Shown: piece after piece, positions 1-9,129 of the stretch
Position numbering within the stretch: the stretch's first letter is position 1
Layout: every line of letters begins with the position of its first letter
Assembly (NCBI GenBank): GCA_043803405.1
Contig: JAZDKB010000007.1
Coordinates: 1 to 63,147 of the forward strand
Source: Spirochaetota bacterium
GTDB taxonomy: Bacteria; Spirochaetota; UBA4802; JAFGDQ01
Direction of reading: 5' to 3'
DNA: 63,147 bases
Position numbers and translations under genes: made by a program
The notes under the pieces: model-generated
What the model was told of the DNA's origin: nothing
Databases searched by the model: none
The model's input: the letters and a program-made list of their open reading frames with translations, nothing else

Positions 1-1
1 A

Positions 2-217
2 GCCACCGGAAACGATCAAAATAGTTCCATTGCTAATCCAAATCTTATAAGTACTGATCCCAATAATGCAAATTTTGGTAAATTATCAGCAAGCATAGCA
101 GGTGAAGCTCTTCTTTACAACGCACTGGATTATTACGGGAACTTAAGAGGCAGCTCACACGATATTGGCGCTTGCGAATACATTGGCAGAAAAGTCAATA
201 AACGAATTAATAAATAA
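2..217 (+). CDS. 3' end of a gene entering from the left; C-terminal choice-of-anchor-Q-like motif (probable secreted beta-helix protein)
   Basis: Manual translation of frame 2 gives ...ALDYYGNLRGSSHDIGACEYIGRKVNKRINK* with stop at 215-217; the DxxGxxR...DIGAxE motif is typical of such C-termini. Confidence 0.65.
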   Translation, partial: ATGNDQNSSIANPNLISTDPNNANFGKLSASIAGEALLYNALDYYGNLRGSSHDIGACEYIGRKVNKRINK

Positions 218-327
218 TCATAGAATTTTCTGCTATTCATCAGGTGGCAAATTCCCTGTATCGTCTTGATTGACCTGGAAAACAAAAAAGGTCACCCAGT
301 TATATTGATCAGGTTTTTAGCGACGTT

Positions 328-1794
328 TCATCGCGTAATTGATTTTTTTCCTTCTAAAATCCGATATGCTATTGCTGAAATAGCGATAAAAATAACTCCG
401 GATATAACAGCAAATGGAATATTGTATAAATCTTCACTGTTTAAATAAGGACGAAGTAAAAAGTATACAATATAACAAAAGCAGGAAGTAATAACAGCCT
501 GAAGCCAGGTGTTAAGTATAATTTTTATTGAAAAATTCAATTTGAATTTCAACAGAATGCTTCCCGCAATTGATACAAAGACAAAAACTGAAGCTAAACA
601 GGCGGAACCACCGTTAAGACCTCCATAGCGAATAGAAAACGGAAGCAGAATAACAAGTAGCACTAAACCGCAGAATTTGGTGATTGTTTCCATGGCCGGA
701 CGTCCCGTGGCAATAAAATTTATTCCGGCAACTGCCGCTATTGTGCGAAAGATTCCGGCCAGTCCAATCCAATACATGGAAATATAAGAAAGCTGGTAAC
801 GAGGATCATACAAAAGTCGAATAATATCTTGAGCGAATAGGGAAAGAGACATTGAAAGCGGAACCATAATTGCGATGAGTAATGTTATTGTTCTGCGGTA
901 CATTTTCTGCACCCTCTGAATATCAGACTGAACCGAGCTAACAGCTGCAAAATACGATTGTAACAGCATTTGACTAACAAAAGCAATTAGTAAACCGCCA
1001 AAATTACTTCCAATATTATAAAATGATACATCCTCCATTCCCATAAGCTTGCCCATCATTAACACACCCATCTGTTCGAAAAGCACTGTTATCATCGTAT
1101 TTAAAATTATCTGCTTGCCGAAGCGTATCAATTCGCGCCCTGCTGTTTTGTTCCACTTGAATGAAGGCCTGTACTTAATAACCATGTATGATGCAACTAG
1201 TTTTAAGATATAAGAGACAACTTGGCCAATAGCCAATGCATACACTGATCGTATAGTTATGGATAAGACGATAGTAACAATCAGGCCGATTACTTGAGTA
1301 GTGATATTCATCACCACCTGTTTTTCAACCTGAAATTTTTTAACAAGTAAAGGTAAAGCCGGATTTAAGAAACCATTAAGAAGTGGACTTAAGGCCATTA
1401 TCAGCAAAATCCATGTTAGCTGAGGTTCCTTATAAAACAGGGACGCTGGCAAGGCAATTGCGGAAATCACTAACCATAAAATAATTCCACGAAAAATACT
1501 AACAATCCATGATGTATCTAAAAATTCCTTTTCAGCCCCACGGGGATTCTGAATGACAGAAATAGAAACACCCATATCAGCAAATAAAGCAACCACAGTG
1601 ACCACAACATTGGCAATTGCCATCATTCCGAATGCTTCAGGAAACAAAATTCGGGTAAGAATCAGATTCCCTGCGATTCTAATAACGTTCTCAGAACCTT
1701 TGCCGACAATACTCCAAAAAGCTGACCGAATAGTATTAAATTTCAGTGAATGTGTGTCGTATTTAAATAGTTTTTTCTTTATGTCCAGATACAT
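328..1794 (-). CDS. wzx: Wzx-type oligosaccharide flippase (PST/MOP family)
   Basis: 488 aa, many TM segments; N-terminal 'LILTRILFPEAFGMMAIA...FADMG' matches the PST flippase pattern. Confidence 0.9.
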   Translation of the reverse strand: MYLDIKKKLFKYDTHSLKFNTIRSAFWSIVGKGSENVIRIAGNLILTRILFPEAFGMMAIANVVVTVVALFADMGVSISVIQNPRGAEKEFLDTSWIVSIFRGIILWLVISAIALPASLFYKEPQLTWILLIMALSPLLNGFLNPALPLLVKKFQVEKQVVMNITTQVIGLIVTIVLSITIRSVYALAIGQVVSYILKLVASYMVIKYRPSFKWNKTAGRELIRFGKQIILNTMITVLFEQMGVLMMGKLMGMEDVSFYNIGSNFGGLLIAFVSQMLLQSYFAAVSSVQSDIQRVQKMYRRTITLLIAIMVPLSMSLSLFAQDIIRLLYDPRYQLSYISMYWIGLAGIFRTIAAVAGINFIATGRPAMETITKFCGLVLLVILLPFSIRYGGLNGGSACLASVFVFVSIAGSILLKFKLNFSIKIILNTWLQAVITSCFCYIVYFLLRPYLNSEDLYNIPFAVISGVIFIAISAIAYRILEGKKSITR

Positions 1795-2209
1795 TAGCCA
1801 GTCCGTTATTATTAAGGGTCAGGTGAAAATAATCAATTTATTGGAATTACCATAAAATAATTTTTAAATAAATCAAGGAATTTTATAATACTCAGCAGAT
1901 TCCGGGAAGTTTTTTTTGAAGCAGGATCTTTAAAACGATAACGCAGCACTGGACAGCACCGATAATTTAAAAAAGAGTTGCAAGCCTGAGGATACTGTCA
2001 ATAGTTGATCGTATTGCTCATTAGAAAATATTTAAAAAAGATATATTCACTCTTATGGACTGTTTTGGACAGCATAATTACCTATGTGTCAAGATTAAAT
2101 ATGTTATTATTGTAGCTATACGCCGCTTGGAATATAAATATTTAATTGACCTCCATTCGTTTTTTCATATTTTGGAATAATCAAGAGGCATATCTCCAGG
2201 GAGATAAAC

Positions 2210-2971
2210 ATGGCCATACATGCAGAAAAAAGAATAGGAATAATATCCTGTGTAAGTAATTATAAGTTGTATGAAGGATTACAAAAATCTCTTCACACAA
2301 ATAAACACATACAGTTGACACCTATCAATAATACCACGAACAGATATTCCATTCCATCTGCCTATAATACTGCATTAAATAATTGTGATGCTGATATATT
2401 AGTCTTTGTTCATCAGGATGTGATTTTTCCCTCTGAATGGCTTGAGAATCTTGATAACCAGATTAAGGAAATAGAGAAGTTTGATAAAAAATGGGGCGTA
2501 TTAGGGATAATGGGGAGGAAAAAAAACGGGAGCTATGCAGGTCATATCATAGATCCACATATAAATTACAGAATTGGAAGGGTTGGGCTACTTCCAACCC
2601 CGGTCTCAACATTAGATGAGGTGTGCCTGATTATTCGCAGATCAGGCGGTTTGTCTTTTGACAATGAATTGGGAGGATATCATCTATACGGAACCGATAT
2701 TTGTCTACAGGCTCAGAAAATAGGATTAAAATGCTATGCTATTGATGCATGTTTGACACATCTTTCTGCAGGTAATGTTGATGAGTCATACTATACTGTG
2801 CTTACAAAATTACAGGAAAAATGGAGCAGGCAAATTAAATGTCCTAATGTTATTCACACAACAGTTGGAACATGGCGCCTGAAGAGGGGGATAACTCCAG
2901 CTATTATTTTTTTTATATATCGTTTAAGGAGAAGCATGATTCGTTTAAGGAAAAAAATTGGGCTTTCCTAA
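2210..2971 (+). CDS. GT2-like glycosyltransferase
   Basis: 'AYNTAL...ILVFVHQDV' and 'YHLYGTDICLQA' motifs; SD GGGAG upstream. Confidence 0.8.
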   Translation: MAIHAEKRIGIISCVSNYKLYEGLQKSLHTNKHIQLTPINNTTNRYSIPSAYNTALNNCDADILVFVHQDVIFPSEWLENLDNQIKEIEKFDKKWGVLGIMGRKKNGSYAGHIIDPHINYRIGRVGLLPTPVSTLDEVCLIIRRSGGLSFDNELGGYHLYGTDICLQAQKIGLKCYAIDACLTHLSAGNVDESYYTVLTKLQEKWSRQIKCPNVIHTTVGTWRLKRGITPAIIFFIYRLRRSMIRLRKKIGLS

Positions 2972-3028
2972 AATAATAGACAGTCAGTTTAGCAGCTTAG
3001 ATAATTGCTTAAAATGAGTTGCATGAGG

Positions 3029-3100
3029 ATGAAAACGAAGAAGAAATTTACCGAAGAGTTAATGAAGGAAGCTTTTAAAAAGCTATACGTATTTAGATAA
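3029..3100 (+). pseudogene. Possible IS3-family OrfA N-terminal remnant
   Basis: MKTKKKFTEELMKEAF resembles the start of IS3 OrfA (K-Y/F-T-E-E-F-K-x-E-A-V); truncated after 23 aa. Confidence 0.3.
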
Positions 3101-3262
3101 AAGTAAGCGTCAAAGAAAGCCTGATTCACTATTCCAGTATTTTACGTTCTATTCTGCTCTTCTTGCTTTTTATATAGTATTCTCCTATGTTTATTTTTAC
3201 TGAGAATACTGTGTCCTCTTATTCATCGCAAGATGTGTTTAATTTGATGCTTATGGATAAAC

Positions 3263-4003
3263 CTATTTTTTTATAAGAACTTTAATTGTCTCTATAATTG
3301 TTTTCTTAAAAGGCATCTTGCTTTCGCCCCCTTTGAAGTCGTAACGCAGGCAAAATGGAACCTCAAAGAAAGTAGCTCCATGTTTAGCGCAAACAGTCAA
3401 CAGTTCTACCATGCAGGCGAAACTGCGTGCAGTAAGCTGTACTGGTCCTACTCGCTTAACTATCCTTGACGAATATGCCCTGAATCCGCAGGAATAATCC
3501 CGGATGTTATTAATTCTTCCAAACATCCTGAATAAAATAGCCATTCCGTATGAAAGCATTTGTCTAAATTTAGAAACACCCATAATAAGGCTTCCGGTTT
3601 GATAGCGGGACGCAACAACTACATCGTATCCTTCTCTTAGTTTTGAAAACATTGGGAAAAAAGTAAGCGGATTATGTGAGTTATCTCCATCAAGCAGTCC
3701 GATTCCTAATATATCTTTGTTATCCGCATATTTTTGCGCGTCGGAAAATGTTGTTTCCAGAACTCCAACCAGGCCTTTATTAGGGTTGTGTTTTATCATG
3801 GTTACAAATTTATGTGTTTTAATAAACGATTGCGCGCGTTCTGCTGTGTTATCTTTACTCTTATCGTCAACTACAATCGCATGTACATCAACGCCGATAT
3901 TTACAGAACAATTTCTCAGTTCTAGAATATTTTCAAGAAGAGGAATTATATTATCTTCCTCATTGTAACAGGGGATATAAATATAGAATTTTTTTGAGTT
4001 CAT
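3263..4003 (-). CDS. GT2 polyprenol-phosphate glycosyltransferase (DPM synthase-like)
   Basis: 'IPCYNEE', 'VVDDKSKD', 'DGDNSH', 'VVASRY', 'RDYSCGFRAY', 'GESKM' motifs. Confidence 0.88.
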   Translation of the reverse strand: MNSKKFYIYIPCYNEEDNIIPLLENILELRNCSVNIGVDVHAIVVDDKSKDNTAERAQSFIKTHKFVTMIKHNPNKGLVGVLETTFSDAQKYADNKDILGIGLLDGDNSHNPLTFFPMFSKLREGYDVVVASRYQTGSLIMGVSKFRQMLSYGMAILFRMFGRINNIRDYSCGFRAYSSRIVKRVGPVQLTARSFACMVELLTVCAKHGATFFEVPFCLRYDFKGGESKMPFKKTIIETIKVLIKK

Positions 4004-4050
4004 ATTTTTCTTCCTTTTGCTGCTGATATGAATAAATTTTTATTGAGATT

Positions 4051-5625
4051 TTATTTTTTTTCGTAAATTCTCATGTCTGTTTGAAAATAAGATACAAATA
4101 CCTGGGTTTCTTTTAAACGCCAGTTTCCGGATCTGTCCATTATTGCCTTTAAAACGCTGTCTTCAAGATGCATTTTCCCGTTTTTTATCCGGTTTGCTAT
4201 TTCCGGAGATCCTATTGCTTTTGTCCGAAGCAACATTATGTAACGTGTATTTATCGCTGAAATACCGGCTGGTGTTTTTAAATCGGGAAATCTTTTTAAT
4301 ATATACCGGGACTTTTCATCAGGCATTACCATAAACTGGTCAATCTTTGATCCATACGAGTATTGGATCGCGAAACATACTGCCGCATTTCCGTCGTGAA
4401 TTATTGTTATATTTTCAGGCTCGAGTTTTTGTATATATGCGTTGACCGATGAGAACCTGGAATGAGAAAAATAAGTGCCGTTTATAATGAACCTGGACGC
4501 GGAATAGACGTTAGCGCCCAAAAGCAGCAGAATTGCTACAGTCTTAATAATATTTGAAAAACGGAATGTAACAGCCAAAGAAGACGATAAAAGAACGCAA
4601 AGTCCCGGTAATATCCAGAGATTATAACGGGTTTCGGTTACAAGAGGCGATACCAGAAATCTGCCAATAACAATAACAACGAATCCCGCGATTAAAGCTG
4701 TTAAAATTGCGTCTCTTTGCTTATATCCAACGTCTTTTTTTATAATAGAGAGAATAACCAATGCTGAAAACCCAAGTGCTGCTGAAATAACGGCAACAAT
4801 CGAGACCGCTGTGGTTGGATGGGCAAACTGGCGGTAAAGGAGACGCATTATAGCAAGAATATTACCTTCATCTGATCCGCCGACTTTATTGCCGAGATGG
4901 CTAAACATCGCAATAAGAAATGGGACAAGACCTATAGCGGCAAATCCGGCTATAATAATTGCCAGTAATACAGGTTTAAGCGATCTTCCTTCTCTCCAGC
5001 TACCTAGAAGGGTTGCTGACAATAAGCTTCCTGCCATTAACACGCCAAAAAAATGGGAATATGTTGCAAGTATTGAAAATGCTACAATACCGATCAACCA
5101 CTTGTTTTGATTGCTTTCAGATTGTTCGAAAAATCGGACCAGGCAATAAAATCCGCAGGCAGATATTAATAATAAAATAGGATATACACGGATGTTGACA
5201 GCCTGTTCTATTACATTAGGAGATAAAGCAAATAAAAATCCTGCCAGTAATCCCGATGTGAATCCGAATGCCTTTCTTGCTGTCTCGTAAACTACTACAA
5301 CTGCTATGCCGACAACAAATAATGCAAAATATCGCAAAGATATCTCAGTTAATCCGAAGATAGATGACCATAACATTTGCAGCCAATAGCCTACTGGTGG
5401 CGCGTTATCCGGAGGAACATTAAAGTTGTGGAATTGACCAGACAACCAGCCAATAATTTCAATGGGGCCTAATGTCAAACCGCTGAGGACAGTTGTCTCG
5501 TCAGTCCATAATGATTCCTGGGGTAAAAACAGCAAAGCCGGGACTAAGAGAGCAATAAGTGGGGGAATAGCTCCTAAAATTGGGATCCGAAGAAAGATGG
5601 ATTGGAATGATGTTGTTTTATTCAT
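4051..5625 (-). CDS. GT-C fold membrane glycosyltransferase (PMT/ArnT-like, GT39/83)
   Basis: 'SLWTDE', 'APP..Y', 'EISLR', 'IRVYP', 'YSHFFG', 'RY' motifs; multi-TM. Confidence 0.85.
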   Translation of the reverse strand: MNKTTSFQSIFLRIPILGAIPPLIALLVPALLFLPQESLWTDETTVLSGLTLGPIEIIGWLSGQFHNFNVPPDNAPPVGYWLQMLWSSIFGLTEISLRYFALFVVGIAVVVVYETARKAFGFTSGLLAGFLFALSPNVIEQAVNIRVYPILLLISACGFYCLVRFFEQSESNQNKWLIGIVAFSILATYSHFFGVLMAGSLLSATLLGSWREGRSLKPVLLAIIIAGFAAIGLVPFLIAMFSHLGNKVGGSDEGNILAIMRLLYRQFAHPTTAVSIVAVISAALGFSALVILSIIKKDVGYKQRDAILTALIAGFVVIVIGRFLVSPLVTETRYNLWILPGLCVLLSSSLAVTFRFSNIIKTVAILLLLGANVYSASRFIINGTYFSHSRFSSVNAYIQKLEPENITIIHDGNAAVCFAIQYSYGSKIDQFMVMPDEKSRYILKRFPDLKTPAGISAINTRYIMLLRTKAIGSPEIANRIKNGKMHLEDSVLKAIMDRSGNWRLKETQVFVSYFQTDMRIYEKK

Positions 5626-5650
5626 AATTTTTAAAACAAAAAAATTGCAA

Positions 5651-6781
5651 TTATAAAGAACTTAGATCAGAAACAATAATATCTACAATGCGTTCACTTG
5701 CTTTCCCATCGCCATACGGATTAATCCCGTTTGCCATTGAAGCATATACGTTTGAATCAGTAAGCAGTCTATTCACTTCCAAGACAATATTATCACGGGA
5801 AGTTCCGACGAGTTTCGCGAGTCCGGATTCAACAGCCTCAGGACGTTCTGTTGTGTCGCGTGTCACCAGTACAGGCTTGTGAAGGGAAGGAGCTTCCTCC
5901 TGAATTCCGCCGGAGTCCGTGATAATCAATTCGCATTTATCCATTAGTGACACAAAGGACAAATATTCAATGGGGTCAATTAAAAAGATCCGGTCTTCAT
6001 TTTTCAGGATTCCATAAACAGGTTTTTGTACATTTGGATTCAGGTGAACTGGGTAAACAATAACTGCGTCATTATGAGCTCTGGTAATGTCCCTTAAAGC
6101 GAAGCAAAATTGTTCAAAAGGTTTACCAAAACTTTCCCGTCTGTGTCCAGTCACTAAAATTAGACGTTTGCCTTCGATATTACTTAAATTGAGTCCTTTT
6201 ATGGGGATTTTTTTATCCTTAATTTTCTCCCGGCTAAGTAATAAAGCGTCGATAATTGTATTGCCGGTTATATAAATATGAGATGCCGGTATTTTTTCTT
6301 CAATTAAATTTTTTGAGGCACGTTGTGTCGGAGCAAAACACCATTTGCAAATAGGATCGGTTAAGCGACGATTAATTTCTTCCGGCCATGGAGCATTAAA
6401 ATTATAAGTTCTAAGCCCGGCTTCAACATGACCAACAGGGATTTTTTCATAATTTGCAGCAAGAGCGGCAAATAAACATGTGGCCGTGTCTCCATGAACA
6501 AGAGCAACATCAGGTTTAACGCCGGCCAGAGCCTGCTGAACTTTGACAATTAATCGGGCAGACAATTCAGACAAAGTCTGGTTTGTTTGCATTATATCCA
6601 GATCTACATCCGGTTTAATGTTAAAAATAGCCAGTGTTTCGTCTAACATTTGGCGGTGTTGGGCAGTTGCTATAAGAATTGGTTCTATACGGCTATCTGC
6701 TTTCATTTTTAAATATACCGGCGCCATCTTGATCGCTTCAGGACGTGTTCCGATAATAATCGCAATTTTTATTGGATTCAT
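5651..6781 (-). CDS. wecB: UDP-N-acetylglucosamine 2-epimerase (non-hydrolysing)
   Basis: 'GTRPEAIKMAP', 'HVEAGLRT', 'PWPEEINR', 'TDSGGIQEEAP', 'NPYGDGKAS'. Confidence 0.97.
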   Translation of the reverse strand: MNPIKIAIIIGTRPEAIKMAPVYLKMKADSRIEPILIATAQHRQMLDETLAIFNIKPDVDLDIMQTNQTLSELSARLIVKVQQALAGVKPDVALVHGDTATCLFAALAANYEKIPVGHVEAGLRTYNFNAPWPEEINRRLTDPICKWCFAPTQRASKNLIEEKIPASHIYITGNTIIDALLLSREKIKDKKIPIKGLNLSNIEGKRLILVTGHRRESFGKPFEQFCFALRDITRAHNDAVIVYPVHLNPNVQKPVYGILKNEDRIFLIDPIEYLSFVSLMDKCELIITDSGGIQEEAPSLHKPVLVTRDTTERPEAVESGLAKLVGTSRDNIVLEVNRLLTDSNVYASMANGINPYGDGKASERIVDIIVSDLSSL

Positions 6782-6929
6782 ATTGAATATAAACTCCCTG
6801 CAAACATGTATCTTTGCTATATATAAGTTACTTAAATCTATAGCTCAAGCAGGTTTTTTCCATCTATTCCTGATTAAGAGTACAGAAGGTATCAATTCCA
6901 ATTAAATTTATTAACCAGTCAAGGGTTTT

Positions 6930-7868
6930 TTAAATTTCATTTTTAGTAATTTGCCGATTCTTATGAAATAATATAAAAACCGCTCCTATAAGACCCGGTA
7001 AAGCAATAAGAAAGATGTTGACTATTATTGACGCAGCCAATGCTTCCGATTTTGCCATGCCCATATCAGCAAACAGATAAATAATTAAAGCATCAGCTGA
7101 CCCTAAGCCGCTGATTGTAATTGGTATGGCGCGTACAATATTTATTAGTGGGGCGGTTGCAAATACATACCATGCGTCCGCAGCAGGACTAAAAGCAAGG
7201 CAGGCATAGTAATACATCAAATTAGTAAATCCCCAACCGATTAATGAGATTAATACACAGCCGAACATTGTTGCTGTATCCATTCGGAATGTAGCCAGTA
7301 ATTTATCAACATCCAAATTTTTCTTTACAATACGGTTGAACAGTTTAGAGAGGATATTCCATGGAAGACGCCAGGGAATGAAAAGCAATAAACCTAACGG
7401 AACAGTTAATATTGATGTAATCCAGACTATCTGATAGGTGCCTATGATTAATCCACATATAATCCCCAAGAGGCACAGAGTAAATAGTGCGACTGCTTTA
7501 TCGGAAACTGAGGTAGCCAGCATTGCTTCTTTATATCCATGGGATTGCCAGCCATAATAACTTCTCGCAATATCTCCTCCTCCTCCTGGGAGGAAAAGGT
7601 TGAGTGCCATACCAATGAAAGTCACCCGACACATAAGACCAATAGGGACGATAACTTTCTTTCTTCTTAGAATAAAATACCACCGCCATGCCCGTACTAA
7701 AACAGCAGGGAACATGGCAATGAATACAATTACTACTGCGCTTAGCTGCGCGTTTTTAAAAGCTTCTACCATAACTTCAAACTCGACAAATCTTGACAGC
7801 GCATAAAAGCAAAGGATTGAAATTAAGAATTGCAGAATAAATTTAAGTTTACTCATTATTGTACCCAA
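6930..7868 (-). CDS. Lysylphosphatidylglycerol-synthase TM / UPF0104 flippase-like membrane protein
   Basis: 'RAWRW', 'NLFLPGGGGDIAR', 'PITISGLG' motifs. Confidence 0.8.
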   Translation of the reverse strand: MGTIMSKLKFILQFLISILCFYALSRFVEFEVMVEAFKNAQLSAVVIVFIAMFPAVLVRAWRWYFILRRKKVIVPIGLMCRVTFIGMALNLFLPGGGGDIARSYYGWQSHGYKEAMLATSVSDKAVALFTLCLLGIICGLIIGTYQIVWITSILTVPLGLLLFIPWRLPWNILSKLFNRIVKKNLDVDKLLATFRMDTATMFGCVLISLIGWGFTNLMYYYACLAFSPAADAWYVFATAPLINIVRAIPITISGLGSADALIIYLFADMGMAKSEALAASIIVNIFLIALPGLIGAVFILFHKNRQITKNEI

Positions 7869-7986
7869 AAAGATTATTTTGTATCCGAAAAAGTATATTA
7901 GATATCATTACGGTATGTGTCAAGATTTAAATGGATATTGACGGTTACGATACAAAAAAATAATTTTTATGTAAAATAGCTTATCT

Positions 7987-9129
7987 TTACTGCCCTGTAC
8001 AAACGTCTCTTTTTAAAATAAATGCGTTATGCTCTGATGATTGAGGCGAGGATTTTGCTTTAATAGCTTCACGAATTTTCAAGACAGCCCGGAGAGCGCG
8101 GACAGTAAGAGTACTCAATATTGAGCCATTTGAACTATAAAAAATTCCAACGCTGACTGCGTCCGGATGCCAGCGATTTATCCAATCGACACCTGTAACA
8201 AAGCTTATTGTGTGCAAGCTCTTTTCCTGACAATAGCGCTCTATCAATTTATACAGAAGCAAAAAACCGGGGCTAAACTCGGAAAAATCTTCGCGAAATC
8301 CGATTTTAAGAAGGTAGAGTTTATTGCTAATCGCAATTCCAAATTGGGCGGCAATTGCTTCATCATTTAGCGTTAAAAGGTTGATCCGGCACAAACCAAG
8401 ACTGCTGAAGTGTTGCTTCAGATACATATAATAATTCAGTTTCCATGGTTGTTTTAAAATACTGGTGCCATCCTGTCCTTTCCATCCTGAATTTTCGACT
8501 TGAAGAAATTGGTTAAATGCTGCATCAAGATCCTTTCCCTCCTGTAGAATTCTTAATTCTAAATTCCCTTTTTCTTCGATTTTCCGCATTTTTTTTAATA
8601 AGTCTTTGCGGAATTTATTGCTGTACCGCTCTATAAAATCCTCATAGCCTTTGCTGAAATGCAAATACTTTGAATAATGAGTGTTGCGGAAAGATTTGTT
8701 TACGTCGAGCGCAGCAGCACATCCGTTTTCCATCAGACACTGCCAGCGCACAAATAAAAAAAACGGCAATGTTTTGCGGAGGGCTTTAGCAATATCGTTC
8801 CGGTAGGGGAAAAGTGAGGTGTTTGTTAAGACATCGTTAACACCCATCTCATTTGGGTAGTACAATTGCACAATAGGGAGTTTGAAAAATTTAATTTTAA
8901 TGGTTGTCCATTGAAACGGCAGAACAGCAAAAAGAGCCCCTTTTGTATCCGTTAGAGAAAGAAAATAAACATTATCTCCGCCGCTGTGTTGAAGTTCGGC
9001 TCCATACCAGGCGGGATAGTGTAGAAAATGTGTACCTGATACCTTTGCCAGATCGTTCCAGGCGCTTTCCAGTTCGTTAAATCCGGGTAATCCCCGATGC
9101 ACGGTTATTTGAATGCTCGAATTAGTCAT
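7987..9129 (-). CDS. GNAT-family protein of the CelD/BcsL (FemAB-like) type
   Basis: 'AWNDL', 'SGWKG', 'AIAAQFG', 'LKIGF..FSEFSPGFLL'. Start placed at the ATG at 9129, which overlaps the NRPS stop (ATGACTAA). Confidence 0.85.
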   Translation of the reverse strand: MTNSSIQITVHRGLPGFNELESAWNDLAKVSGTHFLHYPAWYGAELQHSGGDNVYFLSLTDTKGALFAVLPFQWTTIKIKFFKLPIVQLYYPNEMGVNDVLTNTSLFPYRNDIAKALRKTLPFFLFVRWQCLMENGCAAALDVNKSFRNTHYSKYLHFSKGYEDFIERYSNKFRKDLLKKMRKIEEKGNLELRILQEGKDLDAAFNQFLQVENSGWKGQDGTSILKQPWKLNYYMYLKQHFSSLGLCRINLLTLNDEAIAAQFGIAISNKLYLLKIGFREDFSEFSPGFLLLYKLIERYCQEKSLHTISFVTGVDWINRWHPDAVSVGIFYSSNGSILSTLTVRALRAVLKIREAIKAKSSPQSSEHNAFILKRDVCTGQ

